64,000 bases of DNA from positions 170,500,001-170,564,000 of the forward strand of contig NC_042999.1 in NCBI RefSeq assembly GCF_006345805.1. Reading direction: 5' to 3'. The notes beneath the pieces are model-generated. The model did not search any database and was not told the origin of the DNA. It saw only the letters and a program-made list of their open reading frames with translations. The translations under genes and the position numbers were made by a program. This document shows positions 12,925 through 25,703 of the stretch, one piece after another (the stretch's first letter is position 1; each line of letters starts with the position of its first letter). The DNA is from Octopus sinensis (taxonomy: Eukaryota).

Positions 12925-13293
12925 TCTCTCTCTATATAAACGGCAAAATGTCTGTCTGTGTGTGTGTGTCCTTTATACAAATCCACAATTTTTCAGTTAG
13001 AGGGTTCGCACTTTCCATGGTCATTCAAAACCGTCCAAGGGTGGTCGTGCACATCTTTACATTTCCCCAGTCACCCTGCAAAGCCATTAAAAATCAATAG
13101 TAGTGACTTTTTTGTGAATTTTCTATCCAAAACCCTATCAAAATTCCCGAAACTTGATACGCCAATTGAATGCCAGCTAGCTGTATGTGATTGGTCGGAG
13201 ATTTGGACAGTACTCGCGTGTATGTGCGCATGCACAGAGCTGTATATGCATGCACTAGCACTATAACCCGGCGTTGCCGGGTCATAGTGCTAG
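12925..13293 (+). mobile_element. non-autonomous Helitron (369 bp)
   Basis: Starts TC, ends CTAG, inserted between A and T, subterminal hairpin ACCCGGC-GTT-GCCGGGT. Confidence 0.88.
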
Positions 13294-13764
13294 TTGACTT
13301 ATAAAACATTTAATATCCTTTGTAGTATATTATGATTGCATAACGAAATATCACATACATACAAATCCTTAATCCCCTTAAAAATTAATCCTTAGGTACC
13401 AGCTTCAGCAATGCGTTTAATATGTATATTGGTACATCCAATAACTTAACACCGCTGTAACATGCGGTGGCTATGTAAGCAAAGTGTTCGGAGGCAAGAA
13501 TGAGTTAGATGGGTGCTGATGAGGGGATAAAACCCCGCGAAATATGGCAAATACACACATTAGCCATTTTTTTGGTTTGTTTGTTTACATCTGACGTCTC
13601 GATACGAAACGTTGTAGCAAAAATGAGAAAGTTTAAAAAAAGAAAAAGAAAAATGGATGGTCATCAATTGAATACAACTGATTCGAAGACTAATCGATTA
13701 GATATGACCGGGGACGAAGCAACAACAACACCAACAACAACAGCAACAATAATTTACTCAGTTA

Positions 13765-13920
13765 CCGTATTTGCTCGTATATAAGTCGTACTATTTACTT
13801 TATATTAGATTTTAACTGAAAAAAAAACAAACTGAGATGCGACTTATACGGAAGGCAAAAGTATTTGTAACGAGATTTGACACTAAATTAAGGGTGCGAC
13901 TTATACACGAATAAATACGG
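13765..13920. mobile_element. 156-bp MITE with CCGTATTT-type TIRs
   Basis: CCGTATTTGCTCGTATATAAGTCG ... CGACTTATACACGAATAAATACGG; TA on the left. Confidence 0.75.
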
Positions 13921-14046
13921 TGGTTAACGACACCCGTCAAATGCTGAGTTACCTAGAAAACATAGAATGGTTTTGGTATTTAACTCTCTCAGACCTGGGC
14001 CCTTGTGGCTAACTTTAGCTTCCACCTGGACCCCTGAAAAAAAAAG

Positions 14047-14260
14047 TCGCGCAGGCGTGGCAGTGTGGTAAGAAGCTCGCTTCCTAACCACATGGTTTTG
14101 GGTTCAGTCCCACATCATGGCACCTTGAGCAAGTGTCTTCTACTATGGCCTTGGGCAGACCAAAGCCTTGTGAGTGGATTTGGTAGACGGAAACTGAAAG
14201 AAGCTCGTCGTGTATATATATATATATATATATATATACATACACACACGCACACATATA

Positions 14261-14292
<32 letters not shown>

Positions 14293-14328
14293 CATACATA
14301 CACACATACACACACAGACACACACACA

Positions 14329-14413
<85 letters not shown>

Positions 14414-14690
14414 CGTATATATATGTATATACATATGTACGTACGTATGTATATACATATGTACGTATATATCTATGCGTGTGTGTTTGCATCTGTGCTC
14501 GTCCCCCCACAACACCTTGACAACTGGTGTTGGTGTGTTTACGTTCCCGTAACTTAGCGGTTCGGCCAAAGAGACCGATTGAACATGTACTAGGCTTAAA
14601 ACAAGTCCTGGGGGCGATTTATTCGACTAGAAAACCGTTGCAGGCGGCACCCAAGCACGGACGCAGTCAAATGACTGAAACAAGTAATAG
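14047..14690 (+). mobile_element. SINE family B with an expanded internal (TA)n/(CA)n tract
   Basis: Head and tail match other family B copies; the central microsatellite is expanded to ~270 bp. Confidence 0.85.
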
Positions 14691-16782
14691 ACACCGGTCA
14701 AGAGTGACGATTGCCGGCAAACTAACGGACAGAATCGATTGCATCTTCTTTTTCTGCATGTGTTGTTCATTATGGCTTTACCGGAAACCCGCTACAGATG
14801 ACGTTTAACCTATTCCTGCTCCAGCGGGAACACGGCGCGACAGAGTTAAAAGTTTAACGTATATAAGGAACCCTTTTTAGTCAAAAATTAGGTTTAAAAA
14901 TATGGGAGTTTCTTATACATTGATAGTATTATAATCCCTTACAAAACCCTTTTTCCAAATTTTAAGCCCCCAAAATTAGGGGATTCCTTATACGAGTTAA
15001 AATACGGTATATTTATCTGTAAGAAAGCCCACATTATGCTGCTTGTTATTTGTTTGCGAAGTCCAACGCAACTGCCTAGATTTTGTCTCAAAGTAGTCTT
15101 CGAATATTGGTCTTTTTGTGGAGCTGGGAACAAAAGACGGATGTTGAAAGGTTTAAGGTGTAAAAAAAAAGAGCAGCAACAAAAAACAGCTGGCATATCA
15201 CGACGTTTATCTCGAGGGTAACAGTGATTGAAGCGAAACGGACTTCTGTCAATCAAGAATCGAAATCCTGTTGCGATTTTGACTCAACAGAATCCCCTAG
15301 GATGCCATACCATATTTTGCAAATAAATGTTCCAGTGCGTTAAGGCTAGTTGGATGGGAAAATCGTTCGAGCGGACAAAGGCTAGTTGGATGGAAAAGTG
15401 TATGTTGTTGTGAAAACTTCAGAAAATATTTCCCAAGCTTCATAATTTTACTTAAGCGTGATGTCTCTCTTTCTGTCCGTTTGTTTGCCTGTTTGTCCTT
15501 CCTTCTATCTGTCTTCTAGTGAATGAACTTTTATCTTTTCCTATTATCTTACATGATTCTTTGTTAATTTGCGATCATAATCCTGTATTTTTAGTTCTGT
15601 ATTTTTAGTTCCCTAATTTTAGTTCTGTAATGGTTCCGCGCTCTGTTTTTTACTACTTAAACTCCAGTTGTGTTACTGTCCTATGACTTCAGACATGCTT
15701 GCCTTTCTTCTCGTGTTTATATTTATGTTATGACATAAATTATTTTAATACTTATCTACACGCTACACACTTTATCATATTAAGTTTCTGTCATGTTATC
15801 ACTACTTATGCTGTTGTTCTTCAATAACAAACACCTAACATTTATTATACGTGTGTGCATCGTGCGCCTATGTTCTCGCGGTTGTTTCAATAGATCTGTT
15901 ACGTTAGTTCTGTATTATTTATTACACTCTGATGGATTAAACACGTATCGAAAGAATGGTCTAATAATTTCGATATATTAAAATTACTCTCATCTCCGTC
16001 TATTGCAGCCCCCCACCTTTTTTTGCAGTGAAATTTCTGACTTGGCGATGCACAACGAATCTCGTTAAACTCTTGATGTTTGACCGTTTAATTGAGTCTG
16101 CTATCTGAATTTAAGTCTTGTGTGAAATTTCCATTTCTATATCAACTCAAGTGTAAAGCATTTGCATTGTATTTGCTAAAAATAAATCATCTTGTTACAC
16201 ATTATATTGCAAAATTAATTTACTATAGTCTCATAAAAAAATCACTATTAAGTCAATTTCTGCGTGGAAATAGTCTGATAATGTTTAAAGGAATATGAGC
16301 AAAAAATGTACGTGTATAAATTAGATTGCTTTTATTTGAATAGTCTGGAAGAAGGTTAGTGTTGCTGACCTGTTTGCAGAGCTTCAGATACTATGAAGAG
16401 AGAAGGAAAGAAGAAATCATGACTTGGGATATTCTAAAATAACAAATTTGATCCAGGTGCTGGTAACACAGTGGGTGTTCCATTAAATGTACCCGGGGTT
16501 AGGTAGTAGAAATGGTGTTAAGCCTCGTGACGAATGAAGTCTAACATCCCAAAACAGCCCATCATACGTTTTACTGCACGGTTTAAGTCTCTCCGATTCA
16601 CATCAAGGAGAAGAGTTCGTTCGACTAGAAGCCATAACAGGAGGCATTTACCCAAGTTACTATTTGGCATACAGATAATGAGCGGTTTTTGTTAGGTTTA
16701 TAATCAACGCTACAGCTTTTCAAATTCAAGAAGTCATGTATTAATATTTTATATCAACTATGATACGAAGACGCCCTTTTGT

Positions 16783-16950
16783 AATGAATGACCATGGGAT
16801 TGCATCGGGAAAAGTTACCCTCCGAGGCCAAAGACTGGGCAAAGTTGTTTATGGAAGACCAGCAGAAGCTCATGCATACCAGTCTTCCCTCTTATCTGAT
16901 GTTATCCAAGAGAAAGACAAAGGCCGATACAGCTTGGCACCAGTGACAAA
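16783..16950 (-). mobile_element. SINE family D, 3' fragment
   Basis: ATGAATGACCATGGGATTGCA..GGAAGACCAGCAG..CATGCATACCAG matches 29030-29170 and 44513-44570. Confidence 0.7.
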
Positions 16951-17167
16951 TGAATGGCTGCTGGAAAACGTTTTAAAAACACTAAAATAAAGGTTAAAAT
17001 TCAACAAGCCATTTGTTAATAACTTTATATCAGAGTTGATTCGTAAATTCCGTTCGTTTTACAAATTGTATTTTAGTTTTACTTCCCACTTATGCTATTA
17101 TCACTTTTTTAAAAATTGTTTTTTGTACACTGAATCCTAAATTCTGTTATCAAGAAAAAAATTATTA

Positions 17168-17597
17168 AGGTGGTGAACTGGTGGAATCGTTATCACACCG
17201 CCGGATAAAATGCTTAGCGGCATTTCTTTCGGCTTTGCGCTATGAGTTCAAATTTCACCGCGGTCGACTTTGCTGTTCATCCTTTTGGAGCTGATGAAAT
17301 AAGTACTAGGATCAATGTAATCTACTAGCCCTTTCCCCTAGAATTTCCTCCTTCCCCTGTAATAGAAAGGATTATTATTATTGAGAATGCGGCGAGTTGG
17401 CAGAATCGTTAGGACGCTGGGCAAAATGCTTAGCGGCATTTCGTCTGCCGTTACGTTCTGAGTTCAAATCCCGCCAAGGCCGACTTTACCTTTCATTCTT
17501 TCGGGGTCGATAAAATAAGTACTATTTGAACCCTGGGGCCAATCTAATCGAATAATCCCCTCCCTCAAAACTGCTACCCTTGTGGCAAAATTTGAAA
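17168..17597 (+). mobile_element. two adjacent SINE family A copies (17168-17345, 17385-17597)
   Basis: GGCGAG(C/T)TGGCAGAATCGTTAG head, GAGTTCAAAT B-box and the central box are each present twice. Confidence 0.82.
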
Positions 17598-17660
17598 CCA
17601 TTATTATTATTATTATTATTATAATTATTATTATTATTATAATTATTATTATTATTATTA

Positions 17661-17713
<53 letters not shown>

Positions 17714-17739
17714 CATTATTATTATTATTATTATTATTA

Positions 17740-18531
17740 CTTTTTTTTCTTCTTTCAAATTTGATTCCATTTCTTGCCGAGTGTCTTCCCGACTCCTAGG
17801 GCAAAGAAACTCATAGTATACATTGGTAGGCCATTAAAACAAACTCAGTAGTTCGTTCATTTTTTTTTTTAAGTTAAATTAAAATACATGAGCAGCAACA
17901 GTTCTCACATCGACAATGCTCTTCTCAATACGTGTGATGTACCAGTTAAGACAATCTTTTGCACTTCTTGCAGGGATGGTAAGCCAGGGATCATTCTCAT
18001 ATAATTTTCGGTTCCCTTCTTGATCATTCCTAGTGCTCCTACGATCACTGGTATTGTAACCGCCTTGAGATGCCACATTTTCTCAATTTCAATGAGTAGG
18101 TCTTTATATTTTCTGAGCTTGTCAAACTCTTTCGCTGAGATATTATGATCACAGGGGATGCTCATGTCGATCAATAAGCAAACTTTATTGTTTTGGCCTT
18201 TCACAACAATATCTGGTTTATTGGCCTTGATGGTTCGGTCTGTATGTACTGGAAAGTCCCACAGAATGGTTACATTTTCTCTTTCAGTTACAGCCTCAGG
18301 GTGGTGATTATACCACTTGTCGGCAGTTTTGATATTGTAATGCCGACTTATTAGCCAGTGGAGATATTGGCCAACTCTGTCATGTCTTAATTTATACTCC
18401 ACTGGTGCTAAGACTTTACATCCAGAGATTAGGTGGTCCACTGTTTCAATCATGTCGTTGCAGAATCGGCATTTTGGGTCTGCTCCATTTTTCATCACAT
18501 TGGCCTGGTAGTTCCGGGTTAATAGGCTTGA
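17740..18531 (-). mobile_element. 5'-truncated Dong/R4-type retrotransposon inserted in (AAT)n; RLE-domain ORF remnant uninterrupted (17905-18531)
   Basis: CRFCNDMIETVDHLISGC (CCHC), RHD, ILWDFPVHTDRTIKANKPDIVV, CLLIDMSIP..KLRKYKDL (PD..D-x-K RLE), IPVIVGALG, QKIVLTGTSHVLRRAL. (ATT)n at 17602-17739 and 18532-18695. Confidence 0.92.
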
Positions 18532-18676
<145 letters not shown>

Positions 18677-18695
18677 TATTATTATTATTATTATT

Positions 18696-19248
18696 GAGTG
18701 AGAGCGAGCAGTCCATGCTATCAAAGTGACACTGGGTTAAAATATACGAATATACCCCTTATGACTACCCGTCTGATAAGGGTACATCAGGCACATGCAT
18801 CACAACCAAATGAGCGTGACAAGGTGATCTCATATCAAGATAATCAGCGCAAGACCTTACAGGTGGGGGTCCAGTTAGCATTTTCTTCAGGTTGAGTAGC
18901 CCATCTCGCTCAAAAGGTCCCTGAATAAGGGTTGTTTAAGGATGTTGAACGAAACAACCGTGTTTCTTAAGGTGAATTATCCAAACCTCTAAGAATTCCT
19001 TTCAACACACAGCTATGATGCTCCCCCACTACTTCTACTCGTGATCAGAGATGCACATATCGTCAGCCACTAAGGGACATGCTCAACTAGTTAAGGTCAA
19101 ACAACTGACAAGCAAATCTGTGGTGTTGAGCAGAATATTTGCCGTAGCCCATCTTTTATACCAAGACAAAACAATGTACATGATAACACTTCCAATCAGT
19201 TAAGATCAGAAGCCACTAGAGCCACTGCCTGGTACTGCATCGGGGCAT
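18696..19248 (-). mobile_element. ~550-bp non-coding (AAT)n-associated interspersed element (family E), copy 1
   Basis: Homologous to 20000-20519, 20546-20700, 22357-22825 and 54897-55433; microsatellite on both flanks. Confidence 0.85.
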
Positions 19249-19255
19249 TTATTAT

Positions 19256-19306
<51 letters not shown>

Positions 19307-19333
19307 ACTACTACTACTACTACTACCACCACC

Positions 19334-19444
<111 letters not shown>

Positions 19445-19530
19445 ATTTAAGAAATAGGCCAAAAATGATCTTTCTTACATATAAAAAGAAGTTGGTAAAT
19501 CTTAGAAAACATGCATAAAAATGATCAAGG

Positions 19531-19720
19531 TTAACAAACGATGTGAAAGGCTACACTAACAATATTTACAGTTCCTAGTGTCGCTATTTTCTGGATCGTG
19601 CGTATGGCGATCCTTATAGGTATTATGTGAGTGAGTTTCCAGAAGTTGGTGTGAATCATTCTAGTTTGACAGAAACGCTCTTCAACGTATGACAGACGTA
19701 TGATAGGCGCGTTCTTCAAC
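19531..19720 (-). pseudogene. old Dong/R4-like ORF C-terminal remnant
   Basis: IRTIQKIATLGTVNIV resembles the conserved RLE-ORF end QK-x(3)-LGT; adjacent to (ATT)n. Confidence 0.4.
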
Positions 19721-19944
19721 TGCTTAGATGCATTCCTTTATTTTTCAGCTAATGTAGGACACACTGCTATCATGTAGTATATTATTTCAGAAACTACACC
19801 AGGCAGGCGACAATTGTTGTCTATATTCCAGAAATTGCAGATATTCATGATACACTTTATGACCGGCCATAGCTGTTCCAGTTAAGGTGAATTTTCTTCA
19901 GTAACAACAACAGCAACAACAACGACGACGACGACGACGACGAC

Positions 19945-19990
<46 letters not shown>

Positions 19991-19999
19991 TAATAATAA

Positions 20000-20700
20000 C
20001 TTCTGATCTTAACTGATTGGAAGTGTTATCATGTACATTGTTTTGTCTTGGTATAAAAGATGGGCTACAGCAAATATTCTGCTCAATACCACAGATTTGC
20101 TTGTCAGTTGTTTGACCTTAACCAGTTGAGCATGTCCCTTAGTGGCTGACGATATGTGCATCTCTGATCACGAGCAGAAGTAGTGGGGGAGCATCATAGC
20201 CATGTGTTGAGAGGGATTCTTTGGGGTTTGAATAATTCACCTCTGGAAACATGGGTGTTTCGTTCAACGTCCTTAAACAACCTTTATTCAGGGACCTTTT
20301 GAGCGGGATGGGTTACTCGATCTGAAGAAAATTCTAACTGGGCTCCACCTGCAAGGTCATGTGCTGTTTATCTTGATATGAGATCACCATGTCGCGCACA
20401 TATGGTTGTGATGCATGTGCCTGGTGTACTCTTATCAGACGGGTAGTCATGATTGGTATACTGGGCTTCGTATATTTTACCCCAGTGTCACTTTGATGGC
20501 ATGCTCTGCTCGCTCACTCAATAATAATAATAATAATAATAACACATGCCCCGATGCAGTACCAGGCAGTGGCTCTCGTAGCTTCTGATCTTAACTGATT
20601 GGAAGTGTTATCATGTGCATTGTTGGTATAAAAGATGGGCTACGGCAAATATTCTGCTCAATACCACAGATTTGCTTGTCAGTTGTTTGACCGTAACCAA
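20000..20700 (+). mobile_element. family E copy 2 (20000-20519) and 5' partial copy 3 (20546-20700)
   Basis: Reverse complements of copy 1, separated by (AAT)n. Confidence 0.85.
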
Positions 20701-22057
20701 TTCTCAGATATTTCTCCTTCTTTTGTTGAACAGTTATTGATCTCTACACCACTACGAGTCTTAATACAACTGCTTTTTTTTGAAAGTTATTTTTTTTCAA
20801 ATTAAATAATTTATTTTTACTATTATTGCAGTTAAGGCATTCCATATTGTAAGCAGGCAGATTTGAGTTTAGTTTTGGGGGGTTGTTATTTATTTAATAT
20901 TGGGGAGTAAGATGGTTTTCGCTTTAGTGGTAACAACAATATAACATTACAGTTACCCATGACAACCTGAAAGCATTTTGGTGGTCATTACCACCGCCAC
21001 CACCACTACAAGAACCTCTGGCACGGATACTTTGGAAGCAGACATCAACTCTTAACACACCTAACTGACACAATTACAATTAACACCAGTACCACTAGCG
21101 CCACCATCACATCCACTTTGACAACAAGCATTACAACCAGCAGCAACTGCAGCCGTCCAAGAATTTGGACCTGGAGATCTCCATTTCCAGTGACTTCGAG
21201 GGCCACCTCCCAGTGGTGTCGGGCGTCAACGAAGAGCCCTCGACTACAACGAGACGACCAAAGTTTTTTTTCCAGGGTCTAGGGTCTCCCGCCCCTAAGC
21301 CCTAGACCATCACCTAATCACCCTTACCCATCTTGTTGCTTAACAACAACAACAAGAACAACAGCAACATGAACAACAGTTGCAGTAAAAGCTCTGCATA
21401 GTTTATTATGGTGTCGAGGGCAACCTGCACCCAGTTTCGTGCGGATCTTTTGCAGCAGTCACAAATACTGGTTTCACATGACAGAGCTTCATAAGACAAG
21501 AAGAAACAAAAATTAAGTTAAAAGTTAAAAGACTAGTCCAAAGGGCAGTATCAACCATTGCCCAGACTGAGAAGAGAAGCATCATCGCCATTTACAGGAC
21601 CCCCCTCCACTTTGAGGATAAAAAAACAAAAACAAAACAAGTACAATGATAGACGAGTACACCCCTACACGCATGAAAGTGCTTCGATCCACCTCCTTTC
21701 TGACGTCGTCCATGAGGCCAAGTAAACCGACCGCTTACACATCTCTCATCAAACTATTATAACAACTATTTCTCACAAATAACCTTCTTACTACATGAAA
21801 TTAGTGGTCACAACCACTCGGCAAAAATTAGCACAACTATAAGTTTGCGCCAAAAACATACTCAAATCCACGAAGTAAACAAAAAAGAAATTTACAAATT
21901 TCTAAAAAAAAGTCGAAGAAATGGAACCAGTGTTTCCAAAATTCAACAATTTCACCGTCACCAAGTCATCCCCTGTAGCACTCACATTCAATAAAATAAT
22001 TATCGATCAAATGAAATTTCAGCTGTTCTGCCCTTGTGTCAAAATTTGAAACCATTA

Positions 22058-22230
22058 AGACGGTGACCTGGCCAAATTGCTAACCGGACAAAATGCTTAG
22101 CGGCATTTCGAGTTTACTTTCGGCTGAATTGCCTTTCATCCTTTCGGGGTCCATAAATAGGGAACTGTTGAGTCGATGTAATAGACTAGCTTCTTCCCCA
22201 CAAATTTCAGGTCTATTGTTTATGGTACAA
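22058..22230 (+). mobile_element. SINE family A, decayed
   Basis: AAATGCTTAGCGGCATTTCG..GCCTTTCATCCTTTCGGGGTC..GTCGATGTAAT. Confidence 0.7.
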
Positions 22231-22258
22231 AGGATCATCATCATCATCATCATCATCA

Positions 22259-22344
<86 letters not shown>

Positions 22345-22356
22345 GTTATTATTATT

Positions 22357-22825
22357 GAGTGAGAGAGCAGTGCATGCCATCAAAGTGACACTGGGGTATA
22401 ATATACGAAGCCCAGTATACCCATCATGACTACCCGTCTGATTAGGGTACACTAGGTACATGCACCACAACCATATGTGCGCGATATGGTGATCTCATAT
22501 CAAGATAAACAGGTCCCTGAATAAGAACTGTTTAAGGATGTTGAACGAACCAACCATGTTTCCAAAGGTGAATTATTCAAACCCCAAAGAATTCCTCTCA
22601 ACACATGGTTATGATGCTCCCCCACTGCTTCTGCTCGTGGTCAGAGATGCACATATTGTCAGCCACCAAGGGACATGCTCAAGTAGCTGAGGTCAAGCAA
22701 CTAACAAGCAAATCTGTGGTATTGAGCAGAACATTTGCTGTAGCCTATCTTTTATACCAAGACAAAACATGTGTATGATAACGCTTCCAATCAGTTAAGA
22801 TCAGGAGCCATGAGAACCACTATCT
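22357..22825 (-). mobile_element. family E copy 4 (internal ~65-bp deletion)
   Basis: Between (ATT)n arrays; shares diagnostic variants and end-point with 54897-55433. Confidence 0.85.
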
Positions 22826-22826
22826 A

Positions 22827-22875
<49 letters not shown>

Positions 22876-22902
22876 TATTATTATATATTATTATTATTAT
22901 TA

Positions 22903-22975
<73 letters not shown>

Positions 22976-23527
22976 GTTATTATTATCATTATTATTATAT
23001 TATTATTATTATTATTATTTATTGTTCATGTCATGATGATAATTTTTTAAAGCATATTTTGAAGTAGATATTTTCGAATGGTTGGGTTGTATGTGGTGTA
23101 ATGATGCCGTTAGTAGTTGATTCATTGTGAGACAGGGAGGCGGTCGGATGGGGCGTTAGCAAAAAAACTGCGATGAGAACGAAATTCTCTTTTTCCTTGC
23201 CCCTACTCAACACCATCATCACCACCAACAACAATCATAAGAGAAAATGAAAGAAAGAAAGAAAGAAGAAGAAGAAGAAGAAGGAGAAAAATAAGAAGAA
23301 AAATGGGGGCGTCTCCTACACAAAGCCAACAACCAATAGAATAATCATGATGAATATTCAAATGCCTACGAAATTGGTGTGTCTCATTTGTGGTGATATT
23401 GCGTGTGCTTCTCATGCGATTTCCTCCTGATCTTCTTTACATTTTTAAGTTAATGGGCAGCAATGGAGTTGGTCACGGTGTGTAAGTAGATCATGAGAAA
23501 GTGGAGCGAATAATAACACGCTGTCCT

Positions 23528-23552
23528 GCCAATTGGTCGTTTAAGATTGGTC
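23528..23552 (+). promoter_or_regulatory. paired CCAAT/ATTGG boxes, candidate promoter of the host gene
   Basis: GCCAATTGGTC and GATTGGTC lie ~340 bp upstream of the ATG. A possible short 5'-UTR intron runs 23705 (GTAAAG) to 23862 (TTCTTTTTAG). Confidence 0.4.
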
Positions 23553-23886
23553 GACTGGAAAGCTTTTATTGTTGTTATTGTCGTCGGTCCATAACTTCAC
23601 GTACTCCGCACACACACACACAGAGGCACACATACACATATATAGACTTACATACATTCATTTCAACAAACCATGCTATATACTCTCAGCTATTCGGATG
23701 ACACGTAAAGAAAAATGTAAACATTCTTTATTTCAATTATATTAAAAAAGAAAAGAAAAAAGAGAAGTAAAAGAACAGAGAGCAGCTTTTTATTTCTTCT
23801 TTCTCTCCTCTCTTCTCATGATTCTTTCGATATAAGTTTTATTAAACGAATATTCTTTTTAGAAAGAAGCTTTGTTGTGATACACA

Positions 23887-24159
23887 ATGGAGATGGAGAC
23901 TAGCTTTGTAACAGCAGACAACGAATCCTCAGAATGTGTGAAACGGAGAGACGGTTTCTACCCGAAGTTAGAGAAGAGGGACTCTGGAATTACTGCCGAT
24001 TCGTCTTATTCTTCGACCTCATGGCGAAACAGTTATGAAGAAACTCCAGAATATGAGAACAATGTATTCGAACTGAGTATCGAGCGTTCTTCAAGCGGCT
24101 CAACTTTGGATTTGAGTCAACCAATAGACAACCACCAGCCTATGAAAACATCAGATAAA
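23887..24159 (+). CDS. first coding exon of an unidentified protein-coding gene (91 aa, Ser/acidic-rich N-terminus)
   Basis: Non-repetitive ORF MEMETSFVTADNESSECVKRRDGFYPKLEKRDSGITADSSYSSTSW...QPMKTSDK. Upstream acceptor at 23862; canonical donor AAA|GTGAGT at 24160 (phase 0). Confidence 0.75.
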
Positions 24160-25409
24160 GTGAGTATCTTGGCAAACTTATACCGATTTACAAATTTGCG
24201 TGATTGTGAGATGGCAAAGCTGTGTCCGTATTGCTTTTCATTTAGTATTGGTTTTCTATTCTTAAATTTTCATGTACTTTCTGTCAGTCTTTCTCTGTCT
24301 GTCTGTCTGTCTGTCTGTCAGTCTTTCTCTGTCTGTCTGTCTGTCTCTGTCTGTCTGCCTGCCTGCCCGTCTCTCTGTCTCTGTCTGTCTGTCTCTCTCC
24401 TCCTTCTCTCTCTTTCTCTCTGCAGTCATCGTTGTGGTTTGCTGTTTTTTTTTTATCCATCTTTTACATGAACATTGCTGTGTAGCTTTGATGGTAAACT
24501 TCTGAATTAGGTATTTTCCAAGCTCTGGTTTGGAACGCTTTTGATATCACCCCACCCCTGAGACCACCCCTGATTCTATGATTCAGATTATCTAAATTAA
24601 AGCCTTTCATAAAAATTCTATGTTTATTTATATTCCAAGCACTAGCTTAATAATAACAAAGTTATTTTACTAAATTCTTTATTATTTTCAAAATGAATTG
24701 AAACGAAAGCAGTGTGTTTATGCAGAAATAGGGCTACAAAACAACGAGCGTTTGGGCCCCTATGAGGTCGCACTACTTGATCTGCGCAGTACTGCAGTCA
24801 AATATTTCTCAAATGACTTCTTCCCGTGTTAAAAGAATGTATTGAATAATGTAATCCAAGATGTATTTACAAGAAAATTAATAAATGAAAAAAAAAAGCA
24901 GGATGTTACGGCTGGAACGCCTTTGATTAAAGGGCTGTTCTATCAGGGCTGACCTCGGGCTAAACAGCAACCATCGAGTAAACCGCAATACAGTCGCTCG
25001 ATATTTTAGAAATAGCAACCAACCGATAAAAAATGGGAAGGACGCATTAAAATGATGTGCTTGAGACCTCTTGAAAAGACGGGATGGCCACAACTCGATC
25101 AGGATTAAACTGGGACTAAACAACAACGACAACAACAACAGCAACAACAACAAAAGCAGTTTTTCGCTTTTGATTCTTCTGCGCTGCTCAGCGCATTGAG
25201 CGGCAAGCTTCATCCATCAGGTTTCATTGGTTGCTACTCCTGTACAACCATTCCATATAATGTCGGTTTCAAATTTTGGTACAAGGCCAGCAATTGGGGA
25301 GGAGGGTGCTGAGAGAATGGCGGCATTTGAACCCAGAGCGGAAAGTCTGAAGAAATGCTGCTAAACTTTTTTTCTGGTTTGGCAGCGATACTGCAGGCTC
25401 AATTCCCTG

Positions 25410-25675
25410 TCCTTTCCACGTAATATTGACTGTTTTCCGGTCATCTTGAGATGTTCGGCCTGCTCCTTATACGCCTACCGACCGGTGGCACACAAGTCAT
25501 GAATTCTTTTGTTCAGTTACACTGAATATGTAGCAAGCCAGAAGAAATCGCCGCTCAGTTGGTGAAATCTCTTGTAGTGGTCGCGACCTCGCTCTTCTCA
25601 TGATCTCATTTGTGACACTGTCCCACCAGCTGAGCCTCAGTATCTTTCTAAGGCACCTTTGATGGAATACATTTA
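25410..25675 (-). pseudogene. decayed RTE LINE post-RT fragment
   Basis: NVFHQRCLRKILRLSWWDSVTNEIMRRA on the minus strand. Confidence 0.75.
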
Positions 25676-25703
25676 GTTTTCTGTCTGTCCTGTGTGTGCG
25701 TGT

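Noticed and set aside
20900-22000. Possible LINE ORF1 or gene remnant
   Set aside because: Non-repetitive and C/A-rich, but I could find no diagnostic motif or sustained frame.
23887-24159. Identification as Cdc25 or Emi1 from the DSG motif
   Set aside because: A short motif only; the downstream exon peptides do not resemble rhodanese or F-box domains that I can recognise.
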